From contig NC_068996.1 in the NCBI RefSeq assembly GCF_001194135.2, positions 55,171,222 to 55,235,221 of the forward strand: 64,000 nucleotides of DNA. Reading direction: 5' to 3'. The position numbers were made by a program, and so were the translations under genes. Below are positions 24,826-37,353 of this stretch, piece after piece. The notes under the pieces are model-generated. The model searched no databases. It was not told where the DNA came from and saw only the letters and a program-made list of their open reading frames with translations. Each line of letters opens with the position of its first letter. The stretch's first letter is position 1. The DNA is from Octopus bimaculoides. Taxonomy: Eukaryota.

Positions 24826-27259
24826 GCCAACAGGACCAATATGAAGAAAAAAAAAGAAGAAAGAATGACGTTGACATGTTGGCTAACAACGAAGTGTCAA
24901 ATATTCTTGCCCAGTGACAACGCGATCAGATTGCTGAGTCAGTTGATAGTAGACAACCAGCAGTCGTATGTCATCGTTGGAACATTAACCTCTCAACAGT
25001 CCTGTCCAAATAGCTGTCAAGTAGATAACCTCAGGGTCATGTAAAACATCGCAGTAAACAGCAGAGCGACGTAATTTATTGGCTTGCGGAGAGAACGACA
25101 AGAGAGGAAATCACATGTAACAATCCGGTGGCCTATCCAGGAGATTTATATTTCATTCACTTCAATGGGTTCTTGCGATCTCCTGAAATATTAGTTTCTT
25201 AAAGTCTAGACCTTGAACTTATTTGTCTCAATATCTTGGGGCAGTACTAACCTACTTATTTCACCATTACTTTCACCACGTGAAGCCCCCCCCCAAATAA
25301 ATAAATAAATAAACAAAAAACGTCAATGAAGAAATAGATTATTCTTCCAATCGTAATAAAATTCATATGAATCGAACAGTAAAGGTTTACTGCCGTAAAC
25401 GAGGACCTTAACATGGTTGCTGCTGTCATCGATATCGGAATAAGCCACATCGAGTNNNNNNNNNNNNNNNNNNNNNATATATATATAAACTAATAATATA
25501 ATTAGTATCAAACGATATTCTGAGATGAAAACAGAAACACATTAAAAATTATTTTGATTTGTTGGGAATTTATTTTTGATCCTATTTTTCGTATTTTGTA
25601 AAATTGAATATCTTTGTTCTTCTGTTTAACCCTAACTCTTTAATGATCCGATAAAATTACATAAATTAACAGAAGAAATGTGAGGGTAAAATGAACCTAG
25701 CAAAATTCAGGGAGCTACTTTTCGTACCAAGAAGTTTGTTTTCTTTGGTGAGAGTGTGGAGGTTGTTCGACCTCTTGTCGATACCGATCGAGCAGATCTA
25801 TGACCAAAGACAATCCAACCATGACCAATCCGTCCTTTTGTATAGCAGGGACAACGTATTTCCTACGTAACCTTTATTTAAATAACGGTAGGGTGTATGA
25901 GTAATGAGAGGGAGATGGTTAATATTTCCAGCAAGTCGAGTAACAGCGTACAGACTCTCTGGTTGACTTGATAACAGTACATATTTGTTTGACCCTCATC
26001 TAGCACACATGTGATCAAAGGCGTTCTAGCCATGACCACAGCGTCTTTTTGTCTATCAGTAACACTGCTGAGCACTCTCTTACCCCCTTCTCATGCTTTC
26101 TCTTTAAATATAAGAGTGTGATTTGAGGTCATTCGACTGTTATCTGTAGGGGATCGAGCAACTCCACAGAGGCCTCCATCGTTTACTCGTAACATGATAT
26201 GCAATTATATACATGTGTGGCGAAGAGCAGAAAAAAAATCTTTTTAGAATCTGTGACTGTAACCTGGTTTCACTTCTCATTTGGTAAAAATGCACAACTA
26301 CGTAGGCTTCTCGATACTTCATTCTTCGAAAACCCAGAGATCGGCTTTTATGCCTCTGTAAGGAAGTTACGGATAAGTAGGTCTGTAGTTCTGTTCGGGT
26401 TAGCTTTCGCAGGTACATGATAATCAAAGCAATTTCAAACGTAACCATTCCACCTGCGCACACACACATACACAAGGTTACATTATCCAATGTGTCCATG
26501 TTTTCTAAAGTTGACAGAATGCGGTTTGGAGGGAAATTATGGCTGCTATTACTAGCAGAGCTAACGATCATGTACAGTTAATCTAGCTGACTCGATCTAA
26601 TTACATTTTAATTAAATCAGCTACTGTACACTAAAATGCATAAATCCGTACATACATTATATAAATATATATATTTACACACACACATCATATGTGTGTG
26701 TGTGTTTAGTTTAGTAGAACGGTTCAATAGCAGAGCAATGTAAAAGACTAGAGTGTAAGAATGCAGAAGTAAAAGACATTTAACAGGTTCCATCTGCACC
26801 TAAAACATCACTTACAAAAGAGAGATTATAATAAGATGAAGGAATTCTTCTAAAGATCAGCATTATCGATCCCCCCACCCGCCTTGGCATCACTGACCGA
26901 ATTCCATTACAAGAATTAAGTTAATATTTTAAAATAACAACACAAGAACATAACTTTTATACACATGATCATACATATTTACAGAGATTATATATATATC
27001 TATATAAATATATATTGTCTCGCCGGATGCAGTTCAATGAAATTGGTAAATAAATTAAAAACAATGACATGAGATCATGATAAAAGTCGGAATTGTCTTT
27101 CATTGTCTCCCTCTCGCCCCTCCTATATCACCAGAGACTTTCATGCAAAATTCTTTGAAATGTATATAATTATTTATAAATTTTTGTCGGTCGATTAATC
27201 GTGCATTAAGAGGTACCTTGGTGTGTTCATGTGTAGACAATAGGGTACACATGCAAACA

Positions 27260-27310
<51 letters not shown>

Positions 27311-27595
27311 TGTGTGTATTGTATATACGTATATAAATATACACGCTGTTGGTGGTTTGATTCAAGTGTCCCTCGTGAGAAAGGGAAAAAGGGGAACGAA
27401 AACGAAGAGGGATCAACAATCTTGGGCAATGATCTTCATAAATATACATTTATATAATGATAGATGTCTATGGGTAATTACGAAGGCTGTCCCATTTTCC
27501 CACATTCTTTCAACCAAGAACTCTGCTACATGGTATTTCTTCTTCTTGTTGGTTGTCACAAAAACATGCAAGATCTCAAATAAAAGGAAACCTAC

Positions 27596-27760
27596 CAATT
27601 TGTCAATGCGAACTTCGAAGAGCTGATTGTCACGGAGTGGCTCGCTGCTTAAAACAACAGCATTGCTGAACTCTTGTGTCGGATTGTTTCTTTTAGCCGT
27701 TCTATTACCGTTACATAATACTACCAAAGACCCAGTACGGTTGTGGAACTTCGAAGCCAT
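27596..27760 (-). CDS. NEURL4: Neuralized-like protein 4, first coding exon (165 nt; start of NHR1)
   Basis: ATG at 27760 with an in-frame TAA three codons upstream. Encodes MASKFHNRTGSLVVLCNGNRTAKRNNPTQEFSNAVVLSSEPLRDNQLFEVRIDKL; donor TTG|GTAGGT, phase 0 into exon 2. Confidence 0.93.
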
Positions 27761-28150
27761 TCTTTTTTAAAAAAAAAAATAATCCAACAACAACAACACA
27801 AACAACACCAAAAGTGGAGCTGCTGCTGCTGCTGTTGTTGTTGTTGTTGTCGCTGCTGCTGCTGCTGTTGCTGCTACTCTCGACAGCACTGTTGTAATAT
27901 TTATTTCTAATTCTGATAAATATATTTAAAAAAAAAACACATGTGTAGATAAAATTTCGATGAATGAATAAACATTTTATTTCTATAGATTTTTATATTG
28001 AGTTTGTTTCTATTTATATAATCGTATTTGTCTTTAGGAGGGAGTCTACAACGATATATATATATATCTCGTATCACTGGTTAGAGGTTAATTGATGATG
28101 TCTAATTCACGTGATGGTAACTCACTGACACAAGGAAACACATTCAGAAA
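27761..28150. promoter_or_regulatory. Shared divergent (bidirectional) promoter and 5' UTRs of NEURL4 and ING5
   Basis: Only 390 bp separate the two opposed ATGs. The region contains a palindromic E-box TCACGTGA (28107-28114) and CAG/CAA-type triplet tracts. Confidence 0.8.
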
Positions 28151-28187
28151 ATGGCTACTGCAATGTATCTTGAACATTACCTCGACA
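28151..28187 (+). CDS. ING5: Inhibitor of growth protein 4/5, exon 1 (37 nt)
   Basis: ATG GCT ACT GCA ATG TAT CTT GAA CAT TAC CTC GAC A|GTAAGT = MATAMYLEHYLD(S), the N-terminus I recognise from ING5. Confidence 0.95.
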
Positions 28188-30461
28188 GTAAGTAGTCATT
28201 ACCACGTTTAATATAACCACACCGAACTTCAATATTTCAATGAAATTTAACCACAATACTATGCTTTTCTCAATAGATAATTTATTTATTTGGAAAAGCA
28301 GCAATTTATGAAGTTTTGCGCCTTTTTTTAAACAAAATTTTTCTAACTCTCTCTCTCCCTCCCCTCTGTTTTATTTCTTTCCTCTCATTCATCTCCCTCT
28401 CTCTTATTACATCTTTCATTTCTCCCTCTTTTACTATCTCTCTCTCTCTTTTCTGCTTGTCTGTCTGTCTCTCTCTCTCATCTTCATAATACTAAGTGTA
28501 GATCGTTAAGAAAATTAAGACCAGAATCATATTTAAGTATTATTTTTAGTTTCTAAACATCGCCACCCAAATCTCTTAATTTTTATTTGAGAGAAGAAAA
28601 TATATTTACTCCTTTTCCTTTCTTTTTTTTTTTTTTTTTTTTTTTTGGTAAAATTCCTATGTATTACCAAATAATATTTAACTTATAGAAGGAATATCAA
28701 AGAAAAAATCCCTTTTATTAAATTAAAACCTTTCTTTTATCCATTTATTCCTGTCTCTGCCCCCCCCCTTTCGATCATAAACCCCGCCATTTTGATCCTT
28801 TTAAACCGCGCTATTAACATTTCATTGCTTTAATTTACATTTATAAATAACTCTTATAACTACACAATAAACAACTATATATTATACATTTCCCTGTCCC
28901 TGGAAACCAGCAATGAATACATCTAGCGAGGCTTATATTATTTCCTAAACCCACATTTTGACAAGTATTTGTTGTCATCCCTCCCCATCTCAAATGTCTT
29001 GTTAAACACATTTTATATTTTTGCTAAAATCTATACATATTCAACCGTTTCATTGCATTTATTATATTTTACTATCATCAGTATTTAATTCTGTTTTTAA
29101 TTTAAATTAGAAACAGAATTCTCATTAGACAATTTCTAGACTTTAGAATATTTATGTTTTTATATTTAAAACCATTGATGATCTTTCATACTTGTATCAT
29201 ATTGTCAATGTTTCACTGTTTTCAATGTATTGTGGGTTTTATTTTACCCCTATTCACACGCTCGCACGTGTGTAAATACAGCCACACAGCCTTCTGTAGA
29301 TGTGTGTATAGGCGCTCGCGTATATATACGTATATTTGTTTTATATATATATAATGGTGTAATGCGTTTAAATGTTTGACTATTTAGTCGTGTGTGTATA
29401 TATGTATATATATATATACACACATATACATACACATACATGATGTGATGTGATGTCTCTTGTGCTTGTCACCCTTTACCACCGCCATTGGCTCGCCCAT
29501 GTGGTGCTAGTTGCAAGCATTGTGTTGACATCAATTTAATTTTTTTCGTTCTCCAATGTCTTTCTAATCATTAATTAGATTTTATACTTATATATATGAG
29601 TCTTTCCTATCAGTAGATAACTCCTCTCTCACCAAAATCCCTACCAGACTTCTGCAGCTACACTGTATCTTGGTTGCACAGTTTCACACCATTGGACTGC
29701 AGGCCAACGCTGAATATGTCTTGTTTACTTTGTGTCAAAGTTGGTGGGAGATGTACTTTGAGTCACAAGCTGTGGGCAGTTAGCTTACAGGCAGTTTCCA
29801 ACAGAATGGATTCATGGCAGCGTCACTGCTTCATTGCAAAAATCGTGAAGTTGGGAAATGCACACTTCCAATGCCACTCTATATTCTCACTGTGCTTGTT
29901 TCTTTCCTTAGGTCCCTAAAAAAAAAATCTTGCAATAGGTACAAAGTTTGAATGTACTATACGTCAGTGTTTCAGGCAACAGCTGCCTTCTGCAGGTCCT
30001 TGTGTGACTAGGCAACCCCATTTCTTCGGATAAGAAGTTGCAGCTGTCAGATTTAAGTTGGTAAAAAGCATCCAGACTGTTTCAGTCAGATCTCTAGCAC
30101 AGTTGGTGTTTTGAAGGATATGTTCAATGTCCACAGAAGAACTCTGGTCAATTTTTATCACACTGCTTTTTTAAAAATCAGGAAGTTTGAAATGTCTCTC
30201 ATCACCATCCTGACAACTCACCAGCCTTTACTGAAGTTAGTGCTGCTATCTGGGCCAGATAATATTTAGAAATCTTGAAGGGTGGTTATCTCTCTTCAAG
30301 ACCTGTAGAATATTCACATAAGAATTTGGCTATCTGCCTCTGCCAGTTCTCACCGGGATGATGGTTCATTTTATATATATATATTCAAAACGAAACTGTC
30401 CGAATGGGAACGTGAAACTCTGAGTAGCAGTTTTTGTGATATTTTTGCTGCAGTATGTGTG

Positions 30462-30510
<49 letters not shown>

Positions 30511-30513
<3 letters not shown>

Positions 30514-30669
30514 CGCAGGCGTGGTTGTGTGGTAAGAAGCTTGCTTCCTAACCACATGGTTCCAGGTTCAGTCCCACTGCCTGGCACCTTGGGCAAGTTT
30601 CTATTATAGTCTCAGACCAACCAAAGCCTTGAGTGGATTTGGTAGACGGAAATAGAAAGATAACTATCG

Positions 30670-30706
<37 letters not shown>

Positions 30707-30904
30707 CTGACCTCTCTACCATTGCTTGACAACCGATGTTGGTGTATTTACGTCACTGTTACTTAGCATTTCAGCAAAAGAGACCAATAGAATAAGTACT
30801 AGGCTTACAAAGAATAAGTCCTGGGGTCGATTTGTTCAACTGAAGGCAGTGCTCCAGCATGGCTGCAGTCAAATGACTGAAACAAGTAAATGAATAAAAG
30901 AATA
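30511..30904 (+). mobile_element. Full-length tRNA-head SINE in ING5 intron 1, next to (TA)n
   Basis: AGGCGCAGGCGTGGTTGTGTGGTAAG...GGTTCCAGGTTCAGTCCC...CCTTGGGCAAG...GACTGAAACAAGTAAATGAATAAAAG. Confidence 0.88.
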
Positions 30905-31139
30905 TATAATGAGTCTGGTATTTATATCAATTGATGCAATGTATTATCAATGATATGAAACTTGTGGTTTTGTTTGAAGATTTTCAGAGAAAATAATCAT
31001 GAAATTATTAACTGACATAAATGTAAAAATATACTTTTGTGAACTTGCAGTGTTTGATTGATATATAGTTTTTTTTAAAATTTTTTATAATTACTTGTGA
31101 ATACCTAAGTTCTGTTTATATGTATTTTTTATCTCCTAG

Positions 31140-31211
31140 GTCTTGAATCTTTACCTATAGAACTCCAAAGAAACTTCACTCTCATGAGAGATCTTGATCA
31201 ACGTGTACAAG
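31140..31211 (+). CDS. ING5: ING5 exon 2 (72 nt)
   Basis: CTCCTAG|GT CTT GAA...CAA G|GTAGTG encodes (S)LESLPIELQRNFTLMRDLDQRVQ. Confidence 0.95.
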
Positions 31212-31839
31212 GTAGTGATTTTTATATTCCCAATTTTTTATAAAAATTTCTTTGGAAGTTCTCAAAAGAAATAATTTAAAAAGAAATGGTTATGTGTAGC
31301 AGGAAATTTGATAATTACACTTTTGTTGTGAGTTTAAAAAAAATTTTTTGCAACAGTTTCTTCACAATTTTTTTTGTGAAGAGGGGAAAAAAGTAGTTGC
31401 TTAATCCATGATTTGTGTGTATATATAAAACTTTTTTGTGGTTTGTCAGAACCATGAGAGCATTGACCGAAAATATTTTCAAGTACCATGGTAAATTTAA
31501 TCATCTAACCCTACCCACAGTTTATCAGCAGCAGTGAAGTCTTTTATGTTCTGACTATTATGCCTGATCCATCTGTTCCTGGTTGATTGACACTCCCACC
31601 CTCAAAGTTGAACCTAATGAAGCTGTCTAAATGGTCAGAGGCATTCCTGCAATAGCCACTTCTAAAAAAAAAAAAAAACCTTAAAAATGCAAGTTGATAT
31701 AGATGATATTTTGCCCCACAGCAGAAATCAATATCAAAACAACAGGGTTTCTGTGTTTAAATACTTCACATAAAATAACCAAAATTGTGTTACTGTAAAG
31801 ACTTATTTATGTGGTCATTTCAATTTCTTACTCTTTTAG

Positions 31840-32006
31840 ACACAATGAAAGAAATTGAAAAAATAGCCGAAATCTTTTTGCGAAATGTCAGGACTATGAA
31901 CAAAGATCGTCGGCTTGCACATTTAGATTCCATCAATTTAAGGTACAATAAAAGCCTTGGATTTGGTGATGATAAAGTCCAACTAGCTATGCAAACTTAT
32001 GAAATG
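31840..32006 (+). CDS. ING5: ING5 exon 3 (167 nt)
   Basis: CTTTTAG|AC...GAA ATG|GTGAGT encodes (D)TMKEIEKIAE...FGDDKVQLAMQTYEM. Confidence 0.95.
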
Positions 32007-32786
32007 GTGAGTTTCCTTAATTTAAATGTTATAATTTTTGCTTCTTTTTTTCTTCCCCATTTTTGTTGAATATTTAAAGTGAAATGTAAAAGCTCTAAAA
32101 TCTGGTTTCAGCTTATTTTTTAAAATTGAGTGCAAACTATTTAACATAGCTGCTAAATATAATTCATGAATTATCCACCCACACTTTTCAGTTCATTGTA
32201 TTCTTTTATGCCCACCTTCTTGTATCTTGGGAGTACTCTCTGACACTTTGTTACCACAATCCTCATCATTCCAGCTACTCCCATCCATCTTTCTCTGATG
32301 CAGAGTAGCCATCTATCTCCTCTACTGCAACACATTTATTCCTGTCCCTCTATCATACTTCAGCCTCTCAGCAGTTGACATAAAGCCACCTCTCTCTCTC
32401 CCTCTCCACTAAGTCCTACTCAGTCAAGAGGAAGTTGTTTTCTTTGACTTGCAAGTTACTTAACAATGTCAGTAGTATCATTGACATGGAAAAAAAGGCA
32501 CCCAGCCCTTGCTGTAAAATGGCTGTTTTTAGGAAGGGCATCCAACTGTAAAAACCATACCAAAGCAGATTTTGGAGTGTGACAGTCTTCTGGTGTTTTT
32601 TATATTGTCAAACCAATCAGTGCCATCATGGAAGACATGTTGGTGATGATAATGACGAGATCCTACAAATTCTTTCAGTTGGATTCACTGGTCCTCATTT
32701 ATAGTCTCTGACAAAACGATTGTAAGCTAGAATATTTTGTTTTGTGTTTTTAATTTTGTCTTTCTTTTTTTTTTATGTCTTCAAAG

Positions 32787-32880
32787 GTTGATAAGCATAT
32801 ACGTAAATTGGATGCTGATTTAGCACGATTCGAAGCAGATTTGAAAGAAAAGAGCATTACAAAACCAAAAGAAGGTCCAA
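32787..32880 (+). CDS. ING5: ING5 exon 4 (94 nt)
   Basis: TTCAAAG|GTT GAT AAG...CCA A|GTATGT encodes [31 protein letters not shown]. Confidence 0.95.
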
Positions 32881-33460
32881 GTATGTTTTAATCTCTCTAA
32901 CTGCAACGAAATAATTTTCACTATCAATTTTGAAAATTGGGTTTACTGAAAAATGAAATTAATAGTTACATATGAGAGTAAAATATTTCTGCATACATGA
33001 ATAGAATGAATATACTTTCTGTGGTTGACTGTTTTGAAACGTTTGTAAATGGGATGGTTTTTTTAAAATTTGGGTTGACTTTTGAATTATTGGGATGTAA
33101 AATGTTCTTAGCTGTATGATGGAAGTTACACACTGCAACAGGCAGAGTAATATTAACTTAGTCATGAACTAAATTCAGTGATTGTAACTCATGCGTCACT
33201 ATCCATCACTTGGGCTTGCAGTAATGACCTCTTTGTTACTGCATTGTTCTAGTTCTTTCTAGCAGCCTGATGTTATTGAGAGGTAATTGATCAAATTTAA
33301 ATGTATTCCGTCCATGTTAGCCCCTTTATTATGGTACTTATCTTAAAATACTAGACGCTAAAACATTAATGATAAACAGAGTAAGTTTGAGTAGAATGTT
33401 AAGACAGTTAAGTGATTGAGTATTGATGAGTTTTTTTAATTTTTATATTTGTAATTTCAG

Positions 33461-33563
33461 CTATCAAAGTAAAAGATAAAAAGAAGAGGAAATCTCTGAA
33501 GACAGAATATGAAGATGAGATTCCTAAAAAGAAGAAAAATAAGAAATCCTCACTACAAATTCA
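33461..33563 (+). CDS. ING5: ING5 exon 5 (103 nt; basic NLS region)
   Basis: TTTCAG|CT ATC...ATT CA|GTAATA encodes (T)IKVKDKKKRKSLKTEYEDEIPKKKKNKKSSLQI; phases 1 in and 2 out fit the flanking exons. Confidence 0.85.
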
Positions 33564-33989
33564 GTAATATTGCTTTTTGTTGCTCTTTAGTTTTAAGATA
33601 AATTGTTTTGCCAATAGTTAAAGCTTTTGCTAATTAATTTATCAAATTACATTAGTTTTGGCATTTTCTTATTTTCTATCTTTCTATTAAAAGAAAGGTA
33701 GTTGACTCAGTTTGTGGAACAAAGATATTTTTAGAATCTATTGGAAACTCTTAATTTGTAACCCATTTCATTAAGATGTTTTACAAATATTTCTTTATAA
33801 ATGGGATGTCCATTTTATAAACTTTTACCAAAGTTAAGCTTTTATTATTGGCAGCTTTTTTGAATAACAGCAAATAAATGGAAATATGTTTACAGAACGT
33901 AGAACATATTTTATATTAGATGCCATATAAAAAGTGGATAACTTCTTAAAAGATAACAGATTGTTTGTGTGTGTGTTATAAATATAATT

Positions 33990-34370
33990 ACATGAATGAT
34001 TGTGAGATGTGGGTGGTGAAGCAGAGGGTATGTGAGGGTTGGAGGGACGTATGTTCATATTCTGTTGGATGTGTAATATTAGTGTGCATGAATGTGATGA
34101 TACAAAAGGACTGGATTTAAGCGGAATCATTTATAGCATGCAAGAATGAAGACGTGTGATGAGTATGAAGGAGAACAGATGGATAAAAAAAGTGCTAGAA
34201 TGTCCGAGTGAAAGAGGAGGATTGAAGAAAACTTGGACAGAAGTGATAAAAGCTGATTTCAGAATGTTGAAATTCACACAAGCAAGTGACAACAGTACAA
34301 TAAATTGTAAGAACACATCTAACCCAAGCAAGCATGAAAAAATGGATGTAAAAAATAACTTCAAGTATAA
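33990..34370 (+). mobile_element. Old RTE LINE 3' fragment in ING5 intron 5
   Basis: TGTTGGATGTGTAAT...AGAGGAGGATTGAAGAAAACTTGGACAGAAGTGATAAAAGCTGAT is a degenerate RGRPKKTW-EV motif. Confidence 0.65.
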
Positions 34371-34558
34371 GTTTATGTAGAATATTTTATGAAAGGTACA
34401 GAACGAATAGTGTCAGACTGAGGAGAGCAGCAGTGCAGTTATCATCCAAGTGATGTGTGGTTTCAGTAAATTGAGAATTGACAGTATTTATGCTAATATA
34501 AATTTCACCAAGATGTAAATATATATATTTTTTTTCCCTCTCTCTAATTTTTTTCTAG

Positions 34559-34709
34559 GCCTGACATGGAGAATAGTTTGCCATCATTACCACTCTCTAT
34601 CACTCATCCATCAGATGTTCTTGATATGCCTGTAGATCCTAATGAACCAACATACTGTCTTTGTCATCAAGTATCATATGGTGAAATGATTGGCTGTGAT
34701 AATCCTGAT
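34559..34709 (+). CDS. ING5: ING5 exon 6 (151 nt; start of PHD finger)
   Basis: TTTCTAG|G CCT GAC...CCT GAT|GTAAGT encodes ...[35 protein letters not shown]. Confidence 0.96.
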
Positions 34710-36033
34710 GTAAGTTGCTTTGCTTTTTCTTGATAATTTGATACTGTATTTTACAGGAACAAACTACTTAATTAGTTTTTGTCTTTTATTTTATGTTTTT
34801 TAAAAATATTATCATAGGCTGTGCAGTTAAGTTATTGTTTTTGCAGTTAGATGTTCCTATTTCCAACCCTTTCTTGTTATACAAGTGTGGTTTATCCAAC
34901 CTCTCTCTCCTAGAGCACAGCCACAGGGCATTATCTTCACTAGAAATGTAAATATGACAGTTTTGGGGACTCAGATGATCTCATGTGAGGACAGCTTTCA
35001 CACATACAGAGGGATTCTATTTAGTTTGTCTATAATTCCACTCGTAGGATATTTGTTAGCCCAAGGAGCTGCATGGTGAGACTGACCTTAAAACCTTGTG
35101 GTTGTGAACGAAACACCTGCACAGCCATCCCTACATATGGACATGTACACAAACACACGTGTGTGTTTTATAGTTTATTAAAGATCTCTTCTAAATATAT
35201 TCTATACACAGACATTGCTAATTTCAGTTGCTACTGTCAAATACTCTTTTTTTTTTCTTATTAATTTCTGAAAATCCAGGGTACTGAATCTGATGTACTT
35301 AAAGTGTGGCAGCATTACAGGTGTTAAATTCCCTTCTCATCTTAACTCTACATTTATGTGTGTGTGTGTGACAGAGATAGAGAGAGGTGGATCTCTATTT
35401 GTTTGAACAGTTGAATTGAATTAATGTTTAAGTAATTGAGCATTCCAGTGACAGTTGTATCCATAACATATTTCTCAAGCAGTGTACATGGCAAGGCTGT
35501 ACAATCATTTATGGGTACAATCCATCTGTCTGCTTCCATGTAGGTTCTATATATCCAGTTTCACTTATAAGGTATGAGTTGACCTGAGGTCATATAAAAT
35601 GACAATTTCTCAGTGTGCCACTTATTGAGGTGAGATCTTGGTCTTTTTGGTTGCAAAGAAAACTTAACCATTCAGACATACACCATAAGGTTAAACTAGA
35701 TAAGCTCACACACACAAAAACACTGAATCCTCAGTTTACAGACACCTCATCGCAAACAATTTTTCAGACATAAAATTTCTTGGGTGATGAATGTTGTCTT
35801 GAGTAACAAACGTGCAGTCTGGCAACAAGCTGGGTGTACTAGTGGTAGGAGAGAGCATCACTTGCTGTCAAGCTTTTTGTTTAGTGCACATCACTGATTG
35901 AATTTCCTATGGGAGAAATATTTTCAATTTTTGAACATTTTGGGTAATGAATTAAATTTGTAAACCAAGATTCCACTCTATACACTTAAGAACCTTGATT
36001 TTGAATAAGTGATTTTTAATTTTTTATTTTTAG

Positions 36034-36135
36034 TGCCCTATAGAATGGTTTCATTTTGCTTGTGTTGGGCTTACAACAAAACCAAAAGGAAAATGGTACT
36101 GTCCACGCTGTCAAGAGGAACGAAAGAAAAAATGA
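36034..36135 (+). CDS. ING5: ING5 exon 7, terminal coding exon (102 nt)
   Basis: TTTTTAG|TGC CCT...AAA TGA encodes [33 protein letters not shown]. The spliced CDS is 726 nt, or 241 aa. Confidence 0.96.
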   Translation, partial: CPIEWFHFACVGLTTKPKGKWYCPRCQEERKKK

Positions 36136-36251
36136 AAATAGAAAAAAAGTAAAAAAAACATCCATATATTCTGTGTGAATTGTTGTTCACTCATATGCGT
36201 GTGGCTTTGTTTTTATATGTATTTCAGAAAAATCAGACATTCATGCAGTTA

Positions 36252-36394
36252 CATCTTCGTTTAATGTCCGCTTTCCATGCTAGCATGGGTTGGATGATTT
36301 GACTGAGTACTGGTGAAACCAGATGGCTACACCAGGCTCCAATCTGATTTGGCAGAGTTTCTACAGATGGATGCTCTTCCTAACGCCAACCACT
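36252..36394 (-). mobile_element. Short RTE 3'-tail fragment downstream of the ING5 stop
   Basis: CGTTTAATGTCCGCTTTCCATGCTAGCATGGG...CCTAACGCCAACCACT. Confidence 0.85.
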
Positions 36395-36474
36395 GTGTAT
36401 TTATTTTCCTTTTGTGATATCGGTTCTTTCAGTTATACTTTAGTTATTCACAAAACTCCTGAATTATGACTTAA

Positions 36475-36660
36475 CCCTTTTGCATTCAAATTATTTTGTC
36501 ACGTTATGTCTATTTATTCATGCATTATCTTGTAATTTTAAAATAAAAAATGATGTAACTGCTTATTTTTAGGACATTGTATGGTAGGTGTATCTAGCTA
36601 GTTTGAAAATAATGAAACAGGATATTTTGGCTAGATATGGCCGGTTTGAATACTAAAGGG
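36475..36660. mobile_element. TTAA-flanked MITE
   Basis: TTAA|CCCTTTTGCATTC ... GAATACTAAAGGG|TTAA. Confidence 0.85.
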
Positions 36661-36742
36661 TTAATAGTTCCAGTCAGTGAGTTGTGGCCATGCTGGGATA
36701 TGTTTCATTAGCAAAGAGCTGTCTTGTTTGTTTGTTTCTATA

Positions 36743-36904
36743 TCATCATCATCATCATCGTTTAACGTCCGCTTTCCATGCTAGCATGGGTTGGACGATT
36801 TGACTGAGGACTGGTGAAACCGGATGGCAACACCAGGCTCCAATCTAAATTTGGCAGAGTTTCTACAGCTGGATGCCCTTCCTAACGCCAACCACTCAGA
36901 GTGT
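36743..36904 (-). mobile_element. Short RTE 3'-tail fragment with (CAT)n
   Basis: Second copy of the same tail, truncated near the same point as 36252-36394. Confidence 0.85.
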
Positions 36905-37353
36905 TGGTGGATATTTTTCTTACTACACTTTCTGATTGATACAATTGAAACACTACATGGTTGTGAAGAGAATCCTTGAACTACACAGCCATATTTGCGC
37001 CCATATATTTTGTTTTAGTTTAATGTCCGTTATTCCATACTAGCAACAATACCATGCTAAATAAAGTATATTTACTCTGATACCAAACTGAGTGTAACCA
37101 CCACCACCACAGGTCATTCGTTAAAATGTATCTCTATACACCAACATATTTGCAGTCATCTTTGTAATCACCGTGGAGCCCATGTATGTTGCCATAACTA
37201 CCAAGACTTAGCTATATAGTTTTTTTTTTTTTTTTTTTTTTTTTTCTTTACTATATCTGCTCCTCTTTAACTCAGAATCACTTCTAGTAAAATAGCTGTT
37301 CTTGATTCTAAATAGTTATAGGAATCACATGTAAAAAAGAACATTTACTGCAT

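Noticed and set aside
24841-25450. Coding-looking, CpG-containing stretch in NEURL4 intron 1
   Set aside because: The frames I translated contain stops and no recognisable motif; it is probably a TE remnant.
29600-30360. GC-richer segment in ING5 intron 1 with short ORFs
   Set aside because: No recognisable domain and no consistent splice signals, so I cannot support a call.
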